Both the position numbers and the translations under genes were made by a program. A DNA stretch of 64,000 nucleotides from NCBI GenBank assembly GCA_012295275.1, contig CM022678.1, positions 4,402,001 through 4,466,000 on the forward strand, in the 5' to 3' direction. Positions 47,022 to 58,019 of the stretch are shown here, one piece after another (within the stretch, counting starts at the first letter, position 1; the number at the start of each line of letters is the position of its first letter). This DNA is from Chrysomallon squamiferum (lineage: Eukaryota; Animalia; Mollusca). The notes under the pieces were generated by a model. The model was given only the letters and a program-made list of their open reading frames with translations. It did not search any database and had not been told where the DNA came from.

Positions 47022-47552
47022 AACTACGACAACCACCACCACTACCATCCATCCCTACAACGTCTCCGTTTGACAAATTAGATTTTATTTACACACAGTT
47101 TGAAACAAACAAGTCTCCCTCCCTGGCAGACAGAAGAAGAACGCAGATTCTGATTCATCTAGCGAACGTGGACGAGATCGATAGCAGAGCGTGCTGTTGT
47201 TGTTACGTATCTCTCCTTATTCCGTCGCTGTTTTTCCACGAGTTCTTTAAGCGGATTTTAGCGTTGGTTCGTACGTTTAGTGGAAGAGAAACATTTTCTG
47301 GATGGTTTTTGTTACGTTCGTTGAGGTAGCGTTTGTTTTATTTTTTTTTTTTTATTTATTAGTTTTTGTAGAGAAATGGTCCTGCTGTGTATTTATTTAA
47401 TGTGTTGGTTTTTTTTGTATTTATTTTTGTATTTATTTATTTGTTGAATTTAATTGTTATTTAAGTTTGGTTTGTTTTGTTATATGACGTGGACGTGTTG
47501 TTTGTTAGTGTGAGTTTTTAATTGTGGACCTTTTTATTAGTATTTTCGCTTT

Positions 47553-47592
<40 letters not shown>

Positions 47593-48937
47593 TGTTCAGT
47601 CCTTCCTTTATTTATTTATTTATATAATACTACAGGTTTCTTTTAATTTCCTCTTTTCTTTTTTTATTATTTTTTTTTTCTTTCTTGTTTTCGCTATATT
47701 ATTTTATTTTATTTTAATTTTAGAATAAATAATTGCACATTATATTTCAAAAATTCTTTCTTCCTTTTTTTCCATGTTGTTTTTCTTTCCGTCTGTCATT
47801 TCTTTTCTATCTAGCGTTTTCTATCATTTTTCATTCTTTCTTTCCTTTATTTTATGGTTTTTTTTTTGTGTGTTTTTTTTCTCCTCCGCTCTTTCTTTCT
47901 CAAACTTTTCTCTTTATTTTAATTTGTCTTCTATCCACCATTTTTTTTTTCTCTTTTTTTCACTTTTAATTATTTTCTTTTTTTTTCTACAGTGAAGTAG
48001 ATCTTGGTTTTTTTTTGTGTGTTTGTATTGTGTGCTTTTTGTGTATATCGTGTTTTTTTATTACTGTTGTCGTCGTTATTGAAGCCACTGATGTCCAAAC
48101 TCCTGTAACGTTTGCTACCGATATTTAAATATTTCGTTTCTTGTTAAAGGGCACGTACTATTTTCAATTCTAGTTTTTATTTTGTGGTTTTAATTGTTGT
48201 TGTTACTATTTGTTGTTTTAGTTGGCGACGTACATAGATATTGCTTAATTTTAATGTTACCTATTCGTTATCTGTGTGTTTATTGCTTTTCTTTCTTCCT
48301 CTTTTTTTGTGTTTTCGAACGTTTCTGTGTTATTATTAATGTTGTTGTTGTTGTCACTGATCATAATGTTGCTGTCGACATCGTCGTCATTGTTGTTGTT
48401 TCTATGATTATTTTTTATTTTATTTTATTTTATTTTATATCTTATATAATCTTATTTTAGATCTCTAGTCAAATATTATCAGTGATTTATATATTAAACA
48501 AATCCGCAATCGTTTAATTAATCTTCATTCGTTTTCAATTTTCCTTTCAATTTTATGCTAGTTCTCGCTTTACCGATTTAAAACATTTATTTCTCGTAAT
48601 GGACTTTTTGACCCAGACAACACTTTATTGCCCATAAAACAAAAGAATCTGTTTTTTTGTTTGTTTTTCTTGTTGTTGTTGTTTTTCTGGAAGAAAGCCA
48701 TCTATTAACAAGACTGTATCGATTTCTAACAGTGGTCCTAAAATACGTGGGTTATCTCCCTTGCTGGAAGTAGCCATTTTTTTTTTTTATCTCTATAGAT
48801 GCTTATTATTTTTATTTTTTTTTTTTGTTTAAAGTATTTATTTACTCTCTATTATTATTTTATTTTATTTTTTTAATTTAAGTATTTATTTACTTTCTAT
48901 TATTTTTTTTTATTTATTTATTTATTTACTTTCTATT

Positions 48938-48977
<40 letters not shown>

Positions 48978-49422
48978 TTACTACTACTACTACTGTTACT
49001 ATTATTATTATTATTGTTATTATTATTACATTTTTTTTTTTTCGTTTTGTCATCGATTATTATGCCCTACAGTTTTTGTTGTTGTTGTCTGCTCGTTGTT
49101 GTTTTTTTGGGTTTTTTTTAAAATTTTGTTGTTGTTTTTACTGGATGCGGATTTGCCCGGAAATAATTTAGGGCTTGGAGCAAGTTTTGTTCTCATTCTC
49201 GTACATACGATTTCTCAAGAATATCACTTTAGAACGTTCAGTACGTGAACTATCAGCCTTGTCTTCTCAGCCTAAAGCAGCTGAGATAAGTATGTATAAC
49301 ATGACATACCTTCACCATCTTTGATCATCTTACTCAGTTTTCGACAGGGGGAAAAAAAAAAAACATATTTATTGAAACTGATATTCGATTTCGATCCAAC
49401 ATAATAATAATAATAATAATAA

Positions 49423-49484
<62 letters not shown>

Positions 49485-49660
49485 ATAATAGAAGTAATAG
49501 TAGTAATAGAAGTAATAATAATATAGCTGTTTTGCCTTTATTTTTTTTTTTTTTTTTTTTGCTGTTGTTTGTCGTTTATTCTTCTACTACTACTACTTAT
49601 TTTTTTTTTTCCTTAAATAAATAAATAAATAAATAAAATAAAATAAATTAATTAATTAAA

Positions 49661-49720
49661 TACCGAGAAGCGAACCCAGTACCTATCGGTCATTAAATAT
49701 CCAGCTTAGCCAATTCACTG
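49661..49720 (-). mobile_element. SINE head fragment, same family as 29253
   Basis: The minus strand reads attggctaagctgg...gataggtactgggttcgcttctcggta. Confidence 0.55.
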
Positions 49721-50598
49721 CTAAGACGACGGAAAAAATGAAATAATCCACTGTAATCCACTTCTTATACTTACTTACTTAAACACCAAAGCGTAACAAT
49801 GAGGTACTGACGTCATCGCGTATTACTTAATATCATGCTAAAGAAACGAGTCATTGGTGTGTCGAGGGGGGGGAGGAGAAAGTAATTACGTGTTATCTGT
49901 TTCCGTCAGACAACCGTTCAGGCATGTGTAGTGCACATGTACTCGCCAGAGAGTTCTGTTGAAGTCTTCAGTCGAAGACATCATCCTGTGTTAAAACGGA
50001 TCTGAGGTGTTTAGTTTCACGACTGCTGATCACGTGATGTGTTCAGAAGACGTCTGAGTAGTGACTGATGATCGATTGTGTTAAATAAAGTGTAACTCAC
50101 GATGTAATGTCTGGGTTTGACCGTGCAGAACGATGTGTTACTGTCATTTCAGTTAGTACTGTAGTACAGTTAATTATTATTATTATTATTTTTTTTTTTT
50201 TTTTTCATTTGTTGTTATGTTGTTTCGTTTTGTTGGTTTGTTGTTGTTGTTTTGTGTTTTTTTTTTTTTTTTTTGTTGTCTTTTTATAAAATTTTGTTGC
50301 TGTTGTTGTTATCGTCTTTGTGAAGGTCTGGTTTTGTTTAACGTTGTCGTTGTTGCTTTGTTTTGTTTTGGTTGGTACTGGTGGAGCTTTTTAGTGTTTA
50401 TTTCGTTTTGGATTGTAACTTTTTATATTTTTGTTTGTGTGTGTTTGTTTTGTTTTATAGTTATTCAACTAGTTTGTTGGATTTTACTTCTTGTTGTTGT
50501 TCATGTGTTTTTTTTTTCTCTTGCTCTGGTTGTTGAGATTTAGTCAGAGAGAGAAAAAAATGCTTTGGTCTCATAAGTTTCTGTTTAATCAGTATTGT

Positions 50599-50625
50599 GA
50601 GTCGAACCCGGTACCTACCAAACCT
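50599..50625 (-). mobile_element. SINE B-box fragment, same family as 29253
   Basis: The minus strand reads ttggtaggtaccgggttcgactc. Confidence 0.5.
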
Positions 50626-51765
50626 TATTTAACCTCTGTGTCCATCAGGCTGGTATTTTACGCTGAAGAAGAAAGAAATATTTATTATATTTACCAATAC
50701 ACTGAAGATCTGTTTTTCTTTCTATTTCTTCTGCTTCTTCTTCTTCTTCTTCTTCTTCTTCTTCTTCTTCTTCTTCTACTGCTACTACTACTACTTCTTC
50801 TTCTTTTTATCTACGCTTATAGAAAGTGTCATACATATGATTAACTATCATATCGATTTATAAAAAAAGAAAGAAAGAGACGAACTGTTATCTCCCCCAA
50901 AGCTGTAATAGCAGCAATGGATTGTTGTTATGCGCCTTCCCATGATCAGGACAGTATATATATTTAACATTCTGATTAACAAATAATAGAGTAAGTGCAA
51001 GAATTGGAATTAACCCAACCGGTGCTTTAAAGAGGATTGATCCTTCGTCCTGTGACATGCGGTCTAATTACATTAACTGAAAAAAAGGTCTGAACATTCT
51101 TAAAAGAGTTTGGTCTTTATATACGTCAGGGTTATAATCATGTACATAATTTAATATTTGTCTAGCATTAAATCGTGAAACATAATTTTAACTATAATTT
51201 GTTTTTAGCCTGTTTCTCATATTTGTTTTTCATTTTTTAGAATTCTTATAAATAAATAAATAACATAACATAACATAACATAAATAAATAAGCTCCATGA
51301 TCACTCACTCGCTCAATCACTGAACCGCTAAATAGTTGAAAAATAATCGCTTCTATTTGTTTTAAAGTAGGTTCTGGCTGTTTCGGGTTTCAATCGTTAC
51401 GACAACTTTTTTACACACTTCGTTAACTTAGTAAAGCAGAATTCAATACACAAAGTTGTCAAAAATTTGATAAACGGTGCAGACAGAAAGTGCGGATAAT
51501 TGTTTAGCTGTGTGTCACGATGACAAAGTTGCACTGACATACGTCACAATCAATGCACGAGCATCGCATGAAACAGTCCTTTGTTATACAACAATGTCTT
51601 CTGACAAAGCTCATCAGTGAATCTAATTAATTGTATTTAGCCATCTCTCACAATCTGTTAATTAACATTGTACTTTGGCTGCTGAAAGCTTTAATTAAAA
51701 TAATAATAAACCTTTTATTATTTATTTATTTTATCAGAAATTCACATGCACAGGTGTATTCTTCT

Positions 51766-51806
<41 letters not shown>

Positions 51807-52114
51807 TCTACGCCACATGCTGAATTTGATAACTATCCTTTCAGTCACGGAAATCATTATTTACTTTATTTCTTTTTCTGCGTTTGATAATGGTTTAACA
51901 ATGGCTGGCATAGTAATTTATTTATTTAATGAAATGTATGGACATTATTTCTGCAGTGCTAAATTTATTTTCAGTACAGATGTGGTTTAGTTATGACTTG
52001 GAACATTTTTCATTCATCTCTCTCCGATTGTCTCTGTGTGTCTGTGCATGCGTGTGTGCATGTGTGTTTCTACTCCGTGAATGTGTGTTTATGTATATGT
52101 GTATGTGTGTGTGT

Positions 52115-52361
52115 GTGTAGATAAACAGATATATAGTTAGATAAAGAGAGATAGATAGATAGATAGATAGAGATAAATAGACAGACAGATAGACACAAAT
52201 ACATAAACAGTAAGATAGACTGATTGACTGATATATATAGATACATAGATACATACATACACATACATACATACATACATAGACAGACAGACAGAAACAG
52301 ATAGATAAACAGTGAGATAGTCTGACTGACTGATAGATAGATAAATTAGATAACTAAATAG

Positions 52362-52392
<31 letters not shown>

Positions 52393-52505
52393 GACAGACA
52401 GACAGACAGACGGACAGAGTAGGCAGACAGACAGATAGATAGATAGTTAGACAGACAGACAGACAGTCAGACATACAGACTAGGTAGACATAGACATAGA
52501 CAGAC
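52115..52505. repeat. (GATA)n/(GACA)n/(CATA)n compound tetranucleotide repeat
   Basis: Directly visible. Similar tracts at ~30195-30360 (TATC) and ~54105-54200. Confidence 0.9.
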
Positions 52506-54810
52506 AGGTACATGGACTAACAGATTACAGTTTTAAATTACTGGTCTCTCCTGAACAGGTTACTGTGCCCTGATGCAGCAATGCTCTGTTGATGTACTGA
52601 GTCAGAAACCAGTTCTTTGTTTTATCCTAAATAAAACAAAAAACCAAATACAATTACCTGTTTTATTTCTCGGCTAAACAGTTTTTGAATAACAGCAATT
52701 TTGTTTGTTATTTTTTTAAATGAAAATTGTTTTTTTGAAATTGTGTTTTCTGAAATATTTCCCAAATCAACAGTTGAAAAGTAAAAAATAATTTTGAACT
52801 GTGTGTGTTTGTGTGTGTGTGTGAAATAAATTATTTATTGAAGAAAAATAGTTCAGTCCCAAATATCTGTGTTTTGGGGTCAGGGACGCACGCACACACA
52901 CACACACACAAACACACACACAAACACACACACACACACACACACACACAATAACAACTGTTATAGGCCTACAGCTTGGAATAATTTATCAACAAAAACA
53001 TTTGTAAGAATTTTAATTTTCCATTCCGTGTTGTTCCAGTTGCTGTTGTCATTCAGAATAATTAATTAACACAACGTTAATCACACGGGGTCTGGCAGTG
53101 TTGAAAGGTTAATTATCTTCGTTTAAAGACATAACAAATACACCTGTACATCTGTTACTTGGTGTATGTTATAAACAAACATATTTCAATAACCCACTTT
53201 TGTTATCTTTCTCCCTCTCTGTCCTTTCTGTACTAGCTTTCTCTCGCTGTCTGTAAATGATTTTCTGTCCCTCTGTTAGTCTGTCTGTCTGCCTTCATCT
53301 TTTAATCTATTCCCCTCTTTTTTGTGTCTCTTTTTCTTTTTATATTTCTCCATCTCCCTCTATCTTCCTTCCTATTTCTCTCTTTCTTTCTTTATTCTTT
53401 CTTCGTCTCCTCTCTCTCTTTCTCTCTCTCTCTATCTTCCTTCCTATCTCTCTCTTTCTCTCTCTCTCCTTTTCGTTTTTTGTCTCTGTTATTTGTTTCT
53501 CTGATTGTTATGTGTTAGACAGTCACCATCATCATCACCACCAACAACAACAACTAAAACAACAACAGTAATAATAATTAATACACACACACACACACAC
53601 GTACTGTCTGACCTTAACGCCATATTATTTACTTCAAAACATCCCAAATTGCTTACATAAACTTTAACACGTGTATTAAATTATCTTCATTTCGTCGAGC
53701 TGTTTTTTTCTGTTTAGTTCTTAAATTCAGCATTTAAAGAAAATTCATAATTCATTTAAAAGATTTCCATTTCAAAACAAAAGACAACTAAATGTTCCAA
53801 ACGCTGAAAAGATGACAGGGGTCTGACGTCACATTCTTGTAGTTAAAATTTCACAGAAATATGTTTTGTCTGCCTGCTTGTTAAAGTTGGATTAGGAATT
53901 AACGAGGAGCAAAGTTTGTAACGGGAAAAATGCCACGGGTGTCAGATGTCATTTCTCGGTGTAGCAAGTACTTAGTTAAAGTTCAGTCGTGCATTGGAGT
54001 ATGAAACGAACAGAATTAAAATAATATATATATTGTTATCTGATAATATATATATATATATATATATGAACATACATGAATATATACATGCATATATAAA
54101 TATATAGAATAGATAGATATATTGATAAACAAACAGACAGATAGATAGATAGACAGACAGACAGATGGATATAGACAGATAGATATAGATGTAGATATAT
54201 ACAGAGAGATGCACATTACACATATACACGTACATACCTAGATACCTACACATAAACATGCACACACTGACACATACATATATTCATACATATACACAGG
54301 CACCTACATAGCATTCATTCACACATACACATACACGTACATACATACACATGCACATAATTATTTACAGCAACGTTCAAAAGCACTAGGTCGAGATGTC
54401 CTTTCATTGTAATAATTTGACATTTTAAAGTTCTCTTATACTTCTCAGTTCAATATTAATGCCTCTGTCATAACCGATAATATTAGTTTAGTGTTCTTGT
54501 CTCCGTGTTTGTCTGTAGTCGAACCAACGATGATTATTAAAGGTAATTCAACTATGCAGGAAATTGGTATTATTCAGTGATGTTTGCTGTTGGTCAGGAT
54601 TATATGTACTTTTAAGTGAGGAGTGGGTGTATATTTTGAGACATATTAGAGATTCGAAAATTGGCAGGGATTAAAGAGATACACAAAAAATGTAATAAAG
54701 GACAAAGATGACATTGTATAAAATAGGGATGGATTGAAATAGAACCTGATTGATGGATTTTCAGAGGAAAGGGTTGTGTGGGTGTTAGTTTCTAAGTTTG
54801 CGGTTGTTGA

Positions 54811-54962
<152 letters not shown>

Positions 54963-55042
54963 ACGTCAGTGTGTACCTGCGCATGCATGTACGTATGTAC
55001 ATACGGTTATTACCTATGTTTGTGTATGTGTGTGTTTGTGTG

Positions 55043-55073
<31 letters not shown>

Positions 55074-55131
55074 GTATGTACGTATATATTTGTTTTTCCT
55101 TCCTTCTTTTGTTTCTTTTTTTTTTCTTTGG

Positions 55132-55193
<62 letters not shown>

Positions 55194-55278
55194 TGTTTCG
55201 TTTTCCCAGTGTAAAATAATAGCGATTTCATGAAAGGCATTGCTGATTAGAATCAATAAGACCCCAGTTCAAACCAGT

Positions 55279-55364
<86 letters not shown>

Positions 55365-55424
55365 CTCCCACTGAGCAATGAAATCATTGAGATAAGACAG
55401 CTATAGACTACGTATGTTTGCATG

Positions 55425-55465
<41 letters not shown>

Positions 55466-55509
55466 TTCTGTCTGTTAGTCTGTATGTATATATGTCTGGA
55501 ATATATGTC

Positions 55510-55748
55510 TGCGTGTGTTTGCGCGTGCGCGCTTCTTAACGAGCGATAACGATTTTCTGAAGATATACTTGTAGCCAAAACACAGGAAGAGAACCTAACG
55601 AGACTTATTTCAGACATCTTTGATCATTTTACATCCATTCACGCCATATCGAACCGCTTCACAGCAACATCTCACAGTTCCTCCTTCTCCCTTTTCAGAA
55701 TGACTGTTTTTGACACGCAGCACCGGAAGTAGTTTCCAATAACCGGAT
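55510..55748 (+). promoter_or_regulatory. Candidate promoter / 5' leader of the GPCR
   Basis: CpG-containing unique island with an NRF1-like TGCGCGTGCGC (55520-55530), an ETS-type CCGGAAGT (55723-55730) and a short uORF (55700-55732). A strong acceptor ctccttctcccttttcAG (55697-55698) means it could instead be an internal exon with further upstream UTR exons. Confidence 0.35.
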
Positions 55749-55817
55749 ATGAACGAAGAATTTGAAGCGGATATCAGTGTGGTACTTCCGGAACTGGCTG
55801 CAGGAAGCAATGCGCAG
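55749..55817 (+). CDS. Putative first coding exon of the GPCR (MNEEFEADISVVLPELAAGSNAQ)
   Basis: ATG at 55749, then 23 codons in total ending at a good donor CAG|GTAATT (phase 0). The acceptor at 56738-56739 (tttctgtgttttAG) opens a phase-0, stop-free run ATC AAC ACC AGT... (INTSTNCLSSSDILA) in frame with the ATG at 56785. Confidence 0.62.
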
Positions 55818-55971
55818 GTAATTAGAGTTGACGATAACTTTTCAAGGATAAGTCTCTTCATGGCCATTCAGTGCTAACAGAATCGTTTTTTTTTTTTTTT
55901 TTTTTTTTTTGCTTCATGGATGAGACGTCGTGTATGATTTGTAAATGGGTTTTGGCGTCGATGATAATTTT

Positions 55972-56023
<52 letters not shown>

Positions 56024-56121
56024 CAAGGTCAGGTTTAATATAGATTTATTTTATTCTGTAGGTTTTTATTCGTTTTTTGTTATTATTTATTTATTTATTT
56101 ATTTATTTATTATTATTATTA

Positions 56122-56163
<42 letters not shown>

Positions 56164-56209
56164 GATTATTATTATTACTACTACTAGTACTACTACTATT
56201 ATTATTATG

Positions 56210-56242
<33 letters not shown>

Positions 56243-56520
56243 TTATTTTTTTTTTTTTTTTTTTTTTTTACGAAACTGAAGTAATTTTAATCGATGTGCA
56301 AACTGAATAATTTCTGATGTTAAAAAATGCTATGTTTGTGTGAGAAAGAAAGAAAAGAAAGAAAGAATGAACGAAAGTTAAAAGAAAGAGAGTCAGAGAA
56401 TGGGAAAGAAAGTAAGTAAGTAAGTAAAGGGAAGTAAGAATAACAGAGAGAGAAACATCTGCAAAAAATAGAATGTGGGAAGTAAAGGAAACAGAGAGAA
56501 TAAGAGAGAAAGAAAGTGGG

Positions 56521-56557
<37 letters not shown>

Positions 56558-56739
56558 CAAAATAAGAATCAGAAATATAGAAAAAAGAAACAGAGACAGA
56601 AAGAAAGAGAGAGAGAGAGAGAAAATGAAAGAGAAGAAGACGGGTAACCCAGAAGAAGAACTAAAATATATATAAAACTATTGCATTATTTAAACAACTA
56701 TGTATTACGATTACTACATCAGTTTTTTCTGTGTTTTAG
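55818..56739 (+). other. Predicted 922-nt GT-AG spliceosomal intron of the GPCR gene
   Basis: Starts GTAATT and ends with the pyrimidine tract gttttttctgtgttttAG. The interior is poly-T, (ATT)n and A/G-rich low-complexity sequence, typical of intronic DNA here. Confidence 0.62.
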
Positions 56740-56784
56740 ATCAACACCAGTACGAACTGTCTGTCGAGCTCTGACATTCTCGCG

Positions 56785-57936
56785 ATGGTGAAGCTGTGGG
56801 CAGACAATCCGGCCATGGAGCTAACGAACGCCAGCGTCAACTGCTCCTCCCTCGACGTCATGGGCTGGATGCACGACCACGAGACGTCGAAGCCGCTGAT
56901 ATTCACGACGGGTCGCCAGTTCTACGCCTACTTCACGCCCATGATAATGGTCGTCGGCATCATCGGCAACTCTCTCTCGCTCAACGTGTTCCTCTCGAAG
57001 AACATGCGCAGTCTGAGCGCCAGCACGTACCTGGCCGCTCTGTCGACGTCGGACCTGTTCGCGCTCGTCTTCTACGTCATGATCGAGTGGCTGATCAGGG
57101 GAATCCCCGTGCTGTACCCGGACAAGCGGGTGACGTTCATGCACGTGGACGGAATCTGCCAGATGATCATGTACCTGCACTACGTCTCGCGGTTTCTCAG
57201 CGCCTGGCTTGTCGTGGCCTTCACGGTGGAGCGCTACATCGGCGTGTGCCATCCGCTGCGGCGGAGGGACATCTGCACGATAACCAGCACGAGGCGCATA
57301 GTGCTCGGGCTGATCGCAATCTCGCTCATCCTCAACGTGTTCAAACCGACGCTGAGCGTCGTGAGCGACGTGAAAGGCTGGGGCCGCATGTGCACCACGA
57401 AAACCGACTACCTGCAGCTGTCGTTCATCCTCGACAGCATCTTCGCTGTGATGATAACTCTCGTGCCTTTCGTTATTATCACGTGTCTGAACCTGCTCAT
57501 CGTCCGCAAGCTGGTGCTGCGGAACCAGCGCCAGAGGGCGTGCAAAGTGATCACGGAGGAGAGCATCATACGGCTGGAGTTCACGCTGATCCTGCTGGCC
57601 GTGTCGCTCTGCTTCATCGTGTTCAATATTCCCTACTTCGTCACGTGGTGCAAGCTCTTCATGACGTCGAAGTTCGTTCACTTGGATACATTCCGCGACG
57701 TGGAGTCGTTCGAGTACTTCCAGGGCATTCTGTGGATCACGCGGGCGATCTTTTACATCAACTACTGTGTTAACTTCTTTTTGTACAGCATCACGGGGAC
57801 GTATTTCAGACGAGAATTAAAAATGTTCTTCTTTTACAGATCTCGAAAATATAAGAGTTATACACACTGCACGCGCCTTAACTCGACTAACTCTCATACG
57901 TCGCATACGTCACACACGCCTCAGTCCTGGGTCTAA
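56785..57936 (+). CDS. Class A (rhodopsin-like) GPCR, neuropeptide-receptor type (CNMamide/FMRFamide/TRH-receptor-like); main coding exon (exon probably starts at 56740)
   Basis: 383-aa ORF with seven hydrophobic segments and class A hallmarks: TM1 GN (GIIGNSLS), TM2 LAALSTSD, Cys at the top of TM3 (DGICQ) with a partner in ECL2 (RMC), TM3 ERY (VAFTVERYIGVCHPL), TM5 Pro (LVPF), TM6 FIVFNIP, TM7 NFFLY. N-terminal sequons NAS and NCS. Strong C/G third-position bias against an AT-rich background. The subfamily call is from recalled motif similarity, not a database search. Confidence 0.95.
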   Translation: MVKLWADNPAMELTNASVNCSSLDVMGWMHDHETSKPLIFTTGRQFYAYFTPMIMVVGIIGNSLSLNVFLSKNMRSLSASTYLAALSTSDLFALVFYVMIEWLIRGIPVLYPDKRVTFMHVDGICQMIMYLHYVSRFLSAWLVVAFTVERYIGVCHPLRRRDICTITSTRRIVLGLIAISLILNVFKPTLSVVSDVKGWGRMCTTKTDYLQLSFILDSIFAVMITLVPFVIITCLNLLIVRKLVLRNQRQRACKVITEESIIRLEFTLILLAVSLCFIVFNIPYFVTWCKLFMTSKFVHLDTFRDVESFEYFQGILWITRAIFYINYCVNFFLYSITGTYFRRELKMFFFYRSRKYKSYTHCTRLNSTNSHTSHTSHTPQSWV

Positions 57937-58019
57937 CGTCTCTCTCTCTCTTAAAGCTCACAACATTCACAATCCTTTCTCACATGCTTCTCTGTTTAGT
58001 CATTGAAACTGATATTAAA

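Noticed and set aside
53085-53112. piggyBac-like terminus (…gaaaggTTAA)
   Set aside because: No matching opposite end was found nearby.
55610-55867. 85-aa minus-strand ORF
   Set aside because: It is antisense to the predicted GPCR exon 1 and leader, and has no recognisable features.
56821-57681. 286-aa antisense ORF overlapping the GPCR
   Set aside because: It is codon-aligned with the sense frame. Antisense stops need sense TTA/CTA/TCA codons, which a GC3-rich gene avoids. The product is unrecognisable, so this is a shadow ORF.
56796-57773. 325-aa alternative-frame ORF inside the GPCR
   Set aside because: It starts at a non-ATG codon, has the Arg/His/Pro-rich composition typical of a shifted GC3-rich frame, and ends where GC3 falls.
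56785-57936. Horizontal transfer or retrocopy origin suggested by the GC contrast
   Set aside because: It is a typical metazoan class A GPCR with a plausible spliceosomal intron, and there is no poly(A) remnant or target-site duplication. Uninterrupted 7TM exons are common.
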